A DNA stretch of 63,279 nt, filler included, from Bigelowiella natans CCMP2755 (taxonomy: Eukaryota > Protista > Cercozoa), in NCBI GenBank assembly GCA_000320545.1. It is 4 parts of 4 records of this genome, joined end to end, with 100 filler letters (N's around TTAATTAATTAA, not from the genome) between each part and the next. Parts side by side here need not be neighbours in the genome. Positions count along the whole stretch, not along the records: positions 42,650 to 61,034 come from ADNK01001915.1; positions 61,135 to 63,279 come from ADNK01002669.1; 2 more parts are not named here. One strand, 5' to 3'. A program made the translations under genes and the position numbers. The notes beneath the pieces were generated by a model. It saw only the letters and a program-made list of their open reading frames with translations, did not search any database and was not told the DNA's origin. This document shows positions 52,082-63,279 of the stretch, piece by piece; the stretch's first letter is position 1, and every line of letters starts with the position of its first letter.

Positions 52082-54811
52082 CTGAGATTCGGTTTTCAAA
52101 ATTCTGCCAGACAAAAGCTCTAGGTGTTATTGTTATAGTTGTTGTTGTTGTGGTGGTGTGCTGATGCGGTATCTTCTATGATGAAGCATCGTCTGGCTAT
52201 CACTTTGCTGGGCATTACTTCAGGCCGCTGGCACGATGAAACATCGATCGCTCCGGAAGGAGAGACTGGAGAGCCGAGTTGTTTATATATGTCGTTCGGA
52301 AAGTAAACGGCCCTTGCAAACCATTAATGCGACAAGAACACGATGTTATATCAAACACGGCACATGCATATGCAATATATGTGTAAGCGTCCGTCACACT
52401 TGACGTTCATATCGTAAGACTACTGCCTCATCCTGCCGTCACAGTACGCGGGAGAAATAAATGTTAAGCTAAAAATAAACCCCGATTTAACTGAAAACAC
52501 CCGTGTTTTTCAGTTCCTTCGTCGTAAGAAAGCAGTGTTGGTAGGTTACAGTTATATTCCTTTAATGTTCTGAGCAAATTGCGCCGCTCATAAAGTTGGA
52601 CAAAGCAGAAGTACCCAATAGCCGTCGCACGGGATGGTTCGGCTTTAAGGCCTCTATCATTGCATAAATCACGCAGTTGGAGCAAAGCTGATAGAGCACA
52701 GCAATGATTTTCGAGAAAGAAGTGAAACATATATATCCGGGCAGTCTCAACACCATTGCCAGCAAAACCCAATCACACTGCCCGAACTTCGATGCCGTTT
52801 GAAAATAGATCGTTATCGGCTAGTGCTATTGTCCAAACGCGGAACATGAATCATGCCGTTTTCGCCGGTAAAATAATGACTACCAGATGCGAGTGTAAAA
52901 GATGCGGTACCGCCGTGACGTACATGGCAAAGGAGGACTTTGCTGCGAATTTGGCGGCTTCCCAACCATCATTTCCTGCAGACAAACAGAAGAAACATCG
53001 CTGGGAGTCATTCACCAAACATGGGGAAGTATTCTTGTCTTTTGCCGGCATGCTGCTACATGATCTCTAAACAGAAACTTCGTGAACGATGTCAGGGGGG
53101 AGGGGGGCGGGGGGTTGTGACGGAAGATTTAATATTTTTCTCTCCTTACTGGCTTTGACATCTATCACTAGCCAAAATGATATCCCAGTCTCTAGTGTGA
53201 AACGCCGCAGTAATACAAACCAGGCCTCAAGAGCTTGTTGGACACGTAGTCGTACATGGCAGTGAGCTTCTGCTCCGAGCTGAAGTGCAGCCTCATCCCA
53301 TACTGCCGAAACCCTTTTCGGACCTCACAGAATATCAGAAAACCAAACATGTTCATAAAATAACAAAAGGTTTTCCGATGTTAATAACAAAAGGTTCTCC
53401 GGCGCTCGGTGCATGGGGAAGATTCATAAACTGCTTCATCAGGCTCAGATTCATCAACTAACACCGCTGCCCATTCACGCGAGCGCAGAGCATTTCTTCG
53501 CGCTACCTTGAGGTGCGACAAGTTGAGATCGGCCACAAAGGGGCCAAGATCTGACACGTCCTGATAATGGTGACGAGGGGAGGTTGGTCGATGCTTTTAT
53601 GAAGGAGCGGAGGGCCCAAAGAGGCAAAATCAGGAAAAAGAAATTTAAAAATTCAAATCTTGACCTTGAGATCCGTGTTCGAAACACATTGCAACTGGCA
53701 GGAGCCGGTCTAATATTGGAAGAAGGATTGGGTATAATTACGTGTTTGTGGGTAGAGAGATATCTCTCGAGTTAGAAGTCATCCTGAACGAATGTTGCGA
53801 ACGTAGTCGTTATGTTGCTAGTGCCTTTAATTGCCCAATGAATGGTAAAGAGGCCAAACATGAAAATACAAAACTGCTTGCGTCTTGTTTAGACAATACC
53901 CCGTAGAAGAAAAATCGAGAAATAGCTTCATCACTGGAAAACTCATTGATCTCATTGTACGGCTCAGGCATCGCCATTCCTTCGGGGGAAGGTGGTGTAC
54001 ATGGATGGAAAATACATCGATGTTTCAGGAGCTTATTTTTCTCAGGAAGGGCGATATGAAGGGTATTCTAAGTACTGCTTTCAGGCATAAGTGTAAGACC
54101 TGGGGAGAGATGAAGTTCGTTGAGAAGTTCCTTCGCTTCTTGATCAGTGGCCTGGAAACTGCTATCCTTGAGAGGGAAAAAGAATGGCCGACTCAGTAGC
54201 CCAAGGAGAATCCTCTTCTTAAATCCGATTTGTCCAAATAAATCGTCGTCACGTGTCATTGGAATCTTGATACCGTTACCTAAATCCACGGTCTAAACGA
54301 CATAAGCAAACAGTGAGCCGACAGAGAATTGGGCCCATTATTACTATGCAAATATTATATTAGTAATAGTCTCTAAATTTACTTGATACTCTGTTTTATT
54401 TTTCTCCCACACTCCATCCTGGACCTTCTTCCAGCCCTGCAAACACAGTTAGCAGAAACAGATCTTGTGCGTGATGCAGCCAAGAAAAAGGAAACCAGTG
54501 GCAAATAGTACCAAATCAAACTCATCCGTCTTCACCATATCTGGCGTGCCTCCCTCATTAGTATTGTTGGCCTCGATAACTTTTCGTGGGAAGAGTTTGA
54601 CCATGGCTATTGTGAATTCTTCCACATGTCCAAGCTGGACAAAAAACACTTGTAAACGCACGTTAAAGATCCCTCTCGAACCAAGTTCATCCCCGATTCG
54701 CGCCACACACAAACCTATCGCATCTATAGATTTCAAAGCGGTCCTCACCAATCTCTTGGACTCATCTGACACGTCCGGCATGAGCAATCTGCTCACCGAG
54801 CAACAACCCAT
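50913..54811 (-). CDS. LOX: Lipoxygenase (algal type, no PLAT domain evident), ~15 exons
   Basis: Spliced: SDEAISRFFFYG..DLGPFVAD..VRKGFRQYG..WEAAKFAAKSS..VPHLLHSHL-LCSN..LKPNHPVRRLLG-PFTFRTTYINNSALQSLLPERSMFHRASGL..FPYMSDG..TAYHELVG..FDPSRLECSVSV*. The HxxxxH, the third His and the C-terminal carboxylate metal ligands are present. One acceptor (53324-53326) is GAG. Confidence 0.93.
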
Positions 54812-55338
54812 TGTTGCTTGCTTCCGACTTCAGAATTCAGACCGAAATGCGACTTTGGTCAGGTAAGATTCCAAGAATAGCCTCGAAATTCTAGTAAATC
54901 AGTTAAGACTATCAAAATGTTGCTGAAAATAGCGCACCAACTACAAATTGCACGATTTTATTTGTCCCGAGGCATCGCTTTTTCGCGTCTTCTCTATGTG
55001 GTAACGCTATTGTGGAAATTCAACTCTAAAATGGCCCCAGTTGTACACAATTTACCCTTTTTTCATTTCAGCCTCAAATCTCACATCTTATATACCAAAA
55101 AGTCGTACGAATATCATATACGACATCCAAAATAGAGATTTTTCCACATATGCAGGAAATGGCATTGTCGTAGTAAAAGAATTCATGTCGTTGTGGAATA
55201 TTAAGTCCTATGCTCTTCACGGCGAGTTAAATGGACAAGAAAAATACCGGGATTTACATAAATCTGGAATAAATTAAGTGAAAATCAGAACAAAATTATC
55301 ATATTTTCTTTGTCGCAATTCTAAATTAATTGCTCAAA

Positions 55339-56664
55339 ATGGCGTCCCATAGGTCTGTGTAGTATGGGTTGGACCACCCGAAGAACCCCTCTTTTATCTT
55401 GAAAACAGGATGAATACCAACCCGTAAAATCTTCGCCCACCTTTTCCGTATATACTTTTGAACTGCCTTGAAGAAAATTGGAAGTTGGCGAGGTTCTTGG
55501 TGGTCCGAATGCTGGTTCGGAATGTGTACCTAACATTTTGTTCTATCGCAGAAATCTTCCCTCGGCATTATTCATGCTGATCATGGCAGGAATATCGGCT
55601 GCTGTTCCTTCTGGATCATTTAGAAGGGTCGCCTCGCCACAAGCTAGGTTCAGAGCCCCAATTCTCCCCTCCCGCAGTACTAGACAGCTCCGGCTCTCTG
55701 TAGAAGGAATCAAAGGGTAAACTTTAGCAACAATTAAAATTCGTCATTAGTATCATAGAAGTGGATCATAATATTTGGCATCAAAAGGTTTGAATCATTT
55801 GTTTTCGCCCTTTTCACACTTATCCTGTCTGTAGAGCGGGGCCTTTGAACGGCCTCCTCAACTCTTTCTACGAAAAGATGCAAAAGGCAACAGAGACGAT
55901 GAAGGTTGGGACAAAATATTGTGCTTCCTCGACATCGCCCTCCCTCCCTCCCTCCCTCCCTCCCTCCCTCCCCCCCCCCCTGGTTTTTCTTTGCTGCAAC
56001 CAAAACAACTTCTCCTCCCCTTAAGAGAGCTTTATCAATCTGGCTATTGAATGTAACATGACGGTATATAACAGAAGGACTTAGAATCCGCTGAGTATGA
56101 GGGATTTTCCACGGATGAGACCGTTCGAGTGATCGTTAATGGAGCACAGCAACCAAAGCTCGTGGATGTGACGCAGGCAGCTGTTGATCAAGGTTCCTAA
56201 TATTCCGTATCAGCCATCTCTGCGCGCATGTATGTGATATAATACAGTGCCCGTTTGTGCGCTTATATGTGATGGTCATTTATGCATTTGAGGATTAAGC
56301 ATTGAATGGCCTCTCTCACTGTAATTCTCTGAAAAGGGGCTGAGAAACTAGAGCAACTTGTGGTTGAGGCTTCAAAGGATGCATACCGCGTGAGCAAGCA
56401 AGGGCAGGAAGAAAGAATGAAGAAATACTTCAAGGTTACGAGATATATATGAAGTTTATTTAATGGATGTATTAATCGTAGCTGCACAACATACTTGCAT
56501 CGAAGGCAAGTCTTTCTATCATCCATTCTCGTGTAGATTAGCCTATCTATCGGTGTTAACTATGCATGGGGAAATGCTACCAAATATGTGATTTTCGATA
56601 TAAAATAATGCTCCTGCAGGATATGGGACTTCCTATGCCTCCCAACGCAAAGCTGCCGTTTTAA
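55339..56664 (+). CDS. ybaB: Plastid-targeted YbaB/EbfC family protein (STIC2-like)
   Basis: Signal peptide + Arg-rich transit peptide (SALFMLIMAGISAAVP..RRVASPQARFRAP), then KDLESAEYEGFSTDETVRVIVNGAQQPKLVDVTQAAVDQG-AEKLEQLVVEASKDAY..EERMK..MGLP. Confidence 0.9.
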
Positions 56665-57805
56665 TTAAAGCTGCATTCCAACGATTATATGGAACTGAAC
56701 TCCGACAGGGATTCTTGCCAAAGCTCGCTCAATGTACGAATTATGCGCTCGCTGCTTGCTGTGGGGGTGCATTACTAAATCTGTTAAAAAAATAAAGAAC
56801 AGTTTATTGCTTCGAATACATGCTGAACGTTAGATTTAGATAAAAATCAGAATGTCATCTTGGCTGTGTAGCTGCCGTTAGTTGTTAGCAGCGATCGAAC
56901 AAAATGTTTCTTCTCTACTATAAATGTGGCATTATGTGGACAAAAAATATTGTGCGGCAGATGCAGTTTGCGTACATGCGACCACGATTTTCATTAGCTA
57001 GCCTAGCTTATTGCATATGTGTGTGACGGTCCAGCGGTGTACATGACCTAGATAACCATCGATCTAGCCCTGCTAGCTCCCAGCTAGCCTGCTTGGCGCA
57101 GGCATTTACGTACAGTGCAGTGCGCCGTGCGTGTATGTACACACGCATTATGTCGCGCTAGCGTGCTGTATTCGTGGCTCATGAGCAATGTGATGCGCTC
57201 AATTGCAATAGACAAAGTAATAGCACATGTGGTACACATATGACATTACATGTGAGACGGATGTAATGAAGAATTAAATTTTTTCAATGGTCATCCTGAT
57301 GTAGCTGTGCAATGCAGCGGCTACAGCGCTAATGTTATGTCTGTTGATATTACATGTCTGTCATAAGTATCCCCTTCTTCTTCGCAAGTCATTTACAACA
57401 TCTTTAGTTGTATCATTGTTACGCGTGATGGCAACGTCATGACAATGCTAGAATATCACCTCAAGTTGCTGTGTCCATCATGCGCAATAATCCATTGCAA
57501 ATGCTTAACACCGCACACATATTAGGATGATAATAGAAAATGTTATTTTGATCAGCTCATTCATTGCTGCATCCGTCTCATATATGCATGCCGCACACAT
57601 CTAAATAAAACTTAGCAGCTGCAAAACTAGCAGAAGGCTTCATGATGGGCATTGCTCTTAAAATTACACCAAAACGGAGTCGAGGTGCACGATGATCATG
57701 CACACACACATTCATGACGATCATTTGTCGCTAGGACGGGCTCTTCTCAGCAATGCTAGAATGACGCGAAACCAGCTACCAGGTATCCAGAGAATCATCA
57801 ACTGA

Positions 57806-58177
57806 CTACAGATACTTCCTACACCTTTTGGAACCGCACCTGCACCGCATCTTCAGCTCGCCATCCTTCTCCTTCGCGGTATACTTTGTCCGAGCACCTT
57901 GGTTGTATTTCCAGCATAACTCAGTCATCGGCTCGACGTCTTCCTTAGCGAATAGCGCCATCAGCGGCTTCGGAAACCTGCCAGTGAGACAAATGAGCGG
58001 CGAAGAAAGTTATGAGAGAAACATAAAAATTTTTCGAAAGAAAGAGAAATAATGAGAGGGGGGGGAAGGGGGGAGGAAAGGGAGAGCAAAACAACAACAA
58101 ATACTAAACTGATTTCCTCCCCCACCGTTCTTCCAGCCAACACCACCCACATCCATGATGATTTCCTCTTGGGTACG

Positions 58178-58212
<35 letters not shown>

Positions 58213-59958
58213 CTGGTTATCGAGGATGATCTTCACGCACACGTTGGGCTCGCAGCTGTGATTGAAGAATCGAGCGACATTTCCCCACAGATTTCCGTCG
58301 TTTGTAAACCTGAAGGGCTTTGGCCCCAAGCTCACCTCCGCGACGTACGTCGTCCCATCGTCCAGTGTTAGCTTCTCTCGTCGCAGTCTCTCCGCGGGGT
58401 CAAAGATAACTTCACCGAAGTAGCAGCAGATGTACTGACCCTTCTCTATTCGCTCCGTCGAGCGCACCCCCCCAGCCCTTCTCGCCGTAGTGAAACAGTT
58501 GCAGAGGCACCGACGTTGCTGGGAGAGGAGTGACGGGGGGGGGGGAGGGGAGGCGGCATTGCAGACGAAATAACGTTACTTGTTAGGAATTGTTCGTTTC
58601 GTAGCAAAATGCAAGGAAACAGATGGTTGATTGATAAAAACACGGAGGAAAACTGATATATGACACTGACGGTCTGCAAAGAGAAAGCTGATGGCGCTGC
58701 AAAGCTGAAAGGGACTAACAGCAGGCAGTTTCACGTCGATCCCGCTGGGAAGCTTCTCCCCCCCCCCTCCCCCCCTCCCTCTCTCTTTCTGTCTCAATCG
58801 GCTCTGCGAATTGTCAAGGTGTTGCTGCTAGGAAATAATGCGCGTCGATAACAGACGCAAAACAGCACTACCACGTATGCTGAGCTGCCTGAGCCTCCTG
58901 CTCATCGTCGCACAACGGCAGCCTGGGCTGCATTTATGGCTAAACTCCGGCTTCCACCTCGGCTCGATGGCGTTGTTCGTTCGCAGCGTGTCTGGGGACT
59001 GCCAGCTGTCTCGCTCCTCCTTGAACCTCTTCGAAAAGAGCGCTTTCAAAGGCTTATCGGTGAGCTGGCCGTTGCGGAGGAGGAACTTGGGAGCGACGCA
59101 GTAGCGGAAATAGGGGAGATTCGGTGCTTTCCTCTTCTCACTTTGCGTTTTCGTCGTTTTCGTTCTCGTCTCGGCCAACCGTCCTCTTTTGATATCGAGG
59201 TCGTTGGTTTTATTATTAGCCCTTTTGCCACGCTTCACGCCCCGCCCCCCCTCCCCCTCTTCCTGGGGGCCAACGGTCTCTTCGTTAGAAGAGGAAGAAA
59301 TGGCAGGTATCGCAAACGGTTCCAGGCCGTCGGTTATGTCATCATACTCACCCAGCGATAAAAGAACAATGCGGTGACACTCAGTGTGCATTTCCTCGAC
59401 AGATAGCGCCGTGGACGATGATTGGGCTGAGGAGGACTTTAAGGTGCTTGGGCGCCGGGGGGGCAGCGATGTGGAGGATTGGCCGACTCTATTCAATCTG
59501 CTATTCCTGATGTGCTCCTTCGCCGCCTCAATCGTCTTCGGCGAGAATCGAAGCTCGTACCGTGCATAGATGCCACTGAGAAAGCTAGGTAAGAAGGAGG
59601 AGGGGGGGGGGGGAGAGAAGGGGGGGGGAGGGGGCGTGAGCAAATAGTCGTTGTTGTAAGCCAGGAAATCACCACGGGATAGAGGGCCTCATTTAGGAAA
59701 AAGGTTTACGATGTTTTCACGACTCACTCGATATCCCCGTAGTCAACGAGATGATCTGCGAGGTACTTCCCCTGCTTGTCTTTCACGTTTAAGCTTGCAC
59801 CCATCTCCACGAGGATCTTTACAGCCTCTACACTCCTTGCCCAGTGAATAGGATAGAACCTGCATCAGCATATAAGTATATATATATATATATATATTGT
59901 GTGTGTGTGCGTATGTATACGTGATTACTATCAGTATTATCGCCTTTTCGCAAAACAA

Positions 59959-59998
<40 letters not shown>

Positions 59999-60096
59999 GC
60001 GTACGTGCATAGTGACTGCTGTAGCAGTCTCAGCAACGCCTCCTCTTCTCACACGAATTACCAAACGGTGACAAATTGATGACTGTCGTACAAACG

Positions 60097-60142
<46 letters not shown>

Positions 60143-60334
60143 TGCACATGTAAAATATATCTACGTATAACATATCTACTCTTCCTCATACCCGCATGCA
60201 TCGAGGTCGTTCACCAAGCGACGAATCATCGTTTTCCCCGTTTTGGGATCCTATCGAGAATGATGACTCAGCCAGAGCAACAACACGCAATCCAACCACA
60301 TATTCATAATACACACACACACACACACACACAC

Positions 60335-60376
<42 letters not shown>

Positions 60377-61034
60377 CATTAATTGATATCATTTCACGAG
60401 CTCCTTCGTTACTACTAGTCACCAACCTTATACTTGGGCGGCGCTCTTTTGTCTGCATAAAATAAGGGCAGAAGATGCACCAGCAAAGGGGGGGAGAGGC
60501 GTGGGAGAGTTCAGTATTCAGTGCATGATCAAGTGCCGACATCTACGCCTAAACAACGAGATTTCTATAAGGAAAATACTTTCGCGATCTCGCAGCATCC
60601 GCACGGCTCGCGTCTGGCGCGCGCCCTTTCCCTTCTCCTCTCTCACGATGACTCGATTCCTCTTCTTCTCGGTCCTCATTTCCGCATGGCCAGCAAGCGA
60701 GATCTCGCAATCCCTGAGAGCCGCTAAGGCATCGACGGCGTTGTGCTCAGCTGCAAGGGCAACGGCATTCTTCCTCGCCTTTGCATGGTATGACTGTGCG
60801 ATACACACATGCACAGGGAGGGGGGGGGGGGGGGGGGTTGTATTTTGAGGATGGAGAGGAAGGGAATGATTCTAACATGCGCCTGATTCTTCTTAACAAC
60901 TCTTACTTCTGGTATCCTATCGATTGATTAAGAAGACGTAAGCACTAGATACCACGCTCACCATCACTCAGACGTACGTGCTGGCGTTTGTAGAGGTCCG
61001 CGCCGAGTCAAAGAGCAGCTTAACCACCCGCGCC
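57806..61034 (-). CDS. Ankyrin + pre-SET/SET/post-SET histone lysine methyltransferase (SUV39/G9a/SETDB group, probably H3K9)
   Basis: DDITDGLEPFAIPAI (pre-SET start), CSPGCRC, LQLFHYGEKGWGVRS..ICCYFGEV..GNVARFFNHSCEPN, ELCWKY and CRCGSKRCRKYL*. An upstream exon reads PIHWARSVEAVKILVEMGASLNVKDKQGK (ankyrin). Confidence 0.88.
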
Positions 61035-61134
61035 NNNNNNNNNNNNNNNNNNNNNNNNNNNNNNNNNNNNNNNNNNNNTTAATTAATTAANNNNNNNNNN
61101 NNNNNNNNNNNNNNNNNNNNNNNNNNNNNNNNNN
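61035..61134. other. Assembly linker N44-TTAATTAATTAA-N44
   Basis: Same 100-bp spacer. Confidence 0.98.
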
Positions 61135-62289
61135 CTTTGTTATCGGTCGGCAGAAAGACTGGAACTTTTATTTCAGAGAGAGCACCAGTTCTTGAACCAA
61201 TACAGGGGAAAAAGTCACAGAAGTCGCTATAGAAGAAGAAGAATCCCCGCGCTGCAGGAATTCAAATCGCGGCGGTCGGAAAGAACCCAGAGAAGAAGCG
61301 AGGAGATTCAACAGCGTGGAATTTGGAACGGGCCTTGGCCAGGTATGCGATGAGCTCTCTGTCCCCCCCCCCCCCCCCCCCACTAATGCCAATGCTTACC
61401 ACACATACCCATTTCGTGCAGGGGTCTGAGGAGTCGACAGAGAGCTCATCGCATACCTGGCCAAGGCCCGTTCCAAATTCCACGCCGTTGAATCTCCTCG
61501 CTTCTTCTCTGGGTTCTTTCCCACCGCCGCCATCGTCAACGTCGCCGTCCTCATCACCATCACTTTCCAACCAAGAAGGCCCACTCCTTCGAGTCAGCTG
61601 CAGTTGCAGTTTAAGAATCTCTGACTTCACTTCAACGGCGGATGCGGCACTGCCTTTCAGGCATTTTAAGATCGAGTACCGAAGGTCGTATTTGAGTCCC
61701 TCCGCCTTTGTACTCGGTAGCACAGCCATTTGCCCCCACATACTCTCGCCGCTAAGCGAGGAGGGGCGCTGCATATCAAAGATGATTCCAGAATTTCGGC
61801 TGAGAGCTAAAGTAATTCTTCCACAGAAGAGGCCTGGTGAGACCACTGATGCGCTCAGAAGATGGTGAATGCCGTCGTCGCTCTGCGTCTGGGCGACCCG
61901 GTGCAGGAAAATATCGTGAATGTGAACTCGGCGTGATATACCCTCTAGGTAGAGAAAGGCAGCTCACAACAACGCCATCTTGAGCGGAACAATTTAGTCT
62001 TACCTGTAGCAATCCAAATAAGATCCCTAGTCCGGCCAATCATTTGATCTCCCCACCTCCATATCTGTGTTTAGACGAACATGCTTAAAACGGGGACGGT
62101 AAGTCTCCCCCCCAGTCTCCCCCCCCCCCCCTTACCCTCGCGCGTGATCGGATTGTTACCTTAATACTGCCGTCCCAAGAGGATGTATATAGCTCTTTAG
62201 CTAATGTATCAAATGCAAAACCTCCAATTCGGTCTGCATGAGCCTATTTACAAATTATAGTACACACATACACACACAACACACAAACT

Positions 62290-62335
<46 letters not shown>

Positions 62336-62802
62336 TACACATACACATACGTGTTCATATCCATACCCAATACATAGCATTTCATATTTCTTGCATATGC
62401 TTATTAAATATGGCGAAGGTTAGTGCAAAGTGGATTAGAATGAAGGGAAGGGAGGGGAGAAGCTCGCTAGGGTCATACGCATGAGCAGCTGCGAAATTCT
62501 CACCATCATCGCAGAACAAGATCTTGGCCACAACAGAAATTCCAATATGACGTCGACTATAGCCCTGACGCTCCCAAGGCTCGTCACTTCGACTAGACTC
62601 TACAGGGGGGGAAGTCTCTTAAGCGTCCAGGTGATTGATTTTCTGTTAAAGAAACCTTCGCGATTGTCTTCGCCTTGGTAGTATGGCGGGGGTTTATGAT
62701 GCCATGCACTGGACGGTGTTCGCCCTGTCTTACTTTCTTCCCCCTGCCCCCGTCATTAAGACTTCGTGGCCTCTCCCTCTTCCCTGAGCTGCTTCGGCTC
62801 AT
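61135..62802 (-). CDS. 5' exons of a minus-strand gene, possibly the N-terminus of the SET gene across the gap
   Basis: ATG at 62802 (MSRSSSGKRERPRSLNDGGRGKKVR, NLS-like). Exons at ~62480-62598 and ~61400-61900 have GT-AG boundaries. Confidence 0.5.
61269..61530. repeat. 95-bp inverted repeat (arms 61269-61363 and 61436-61530, 2 mismatches, 72-bp loop)
   Basis: Direct comparison of the two arms. Confidence 0.95.
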
Positions 62803-63237
62803 TTCCGTGCTCGTAGGGCTCAGCACGACGGGAAAGCATACAACTGGCAGCAGATTCGGAATAGAAAATACCCTTAGAATATCCTATTTTCCCCTTACTT
62901 TCTCCACCGACGTCTGAATTAATTTAATACATGATTTCGAATTTTTGTCGAAATTTAATTTTTCCCTCATACTTAATATATCTACATCATTTTGGTCTAA
63001 ATTTGTTCCGGTTGTTCCGAAGCCTCGCTACCCCCGCCTCCAGCTCCTTTTTGCGTTCCCGGGAGCTGAGGAGAAGGAGCTAAAGGGCGGACATTCCTCA
63101 TATTTTCATGCAACAACGAACAATCGCCCTTGCTACAGTCAGTGGCTTCGCTTCCGGTAAAGTCTGATGAATAGGAAGGGGGGAGGTGGCTCTTTGTCGT
63201 AGATTTCTGATCAGCTCTCCCTCCCCCCCCCCCCCTC

Positions 63238-63275
<38 letters not shown>

Positions 63276-63279
63276 CTAC

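Noticed and set aside
54449-54811. Apparent frameshift or pseudogenisation at the LOX 5' end
   Set aside because: Resolved by an additional ~59-nt GT-AG intron with a CTAAT branch site.
1-63279. CRISPR arrays, tRNA/rRNA genes, and intact transposase or reverse transcriptase ORFs
   Set aside because: None recognised by eye; covariance-model and HMM scans would be needed to exclude small RNAs.

Overview
Eukaryotic nuclear DNA with GT-AG introns and many microsatellites. It is most likely from a chlorarachniophyte alga (Bigelowiella-like); this is an inference from the bipartite signal+transit leaders and 'SLLVNVAL'-type N-termini. Three 100-bp artificial linkers (N44-TTAATTAATTAA-N44) split it into four segments, so adjacency across them is uncertain. 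Recognisable genes: an NCKX-type Ca2+/cation exchanger, an SDR, a probable Piezo N-terminus, ERCC8/CSA, a TTC16-like TPR protein, a HAD-IIA hydrolase, RPB12, a divergent PPOX-like C-terminus, a class-3 lipase, a His-rich protein, a lipoxygenase, a plastid YbaB/EbfC, and an ankyrin + pre-SET/SET/post-SET methyltransferase, plus several hypothetical proteins. The most striking signal is non-genic. Five head-to-tail intergenic spacers (~4.8 kb in total) have lost almost every TpA that is not preceded by C or followed by G, are rich in TG/CA, and keep CpG. The four tail-to-tail spacers and the coding sequence keep TpA. This looks like a localised, context-specific A-to-G (TA to TG/CA) hypermutation process, the reverse of fungal RIP. 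All counts and exon assemblies were done by eye.
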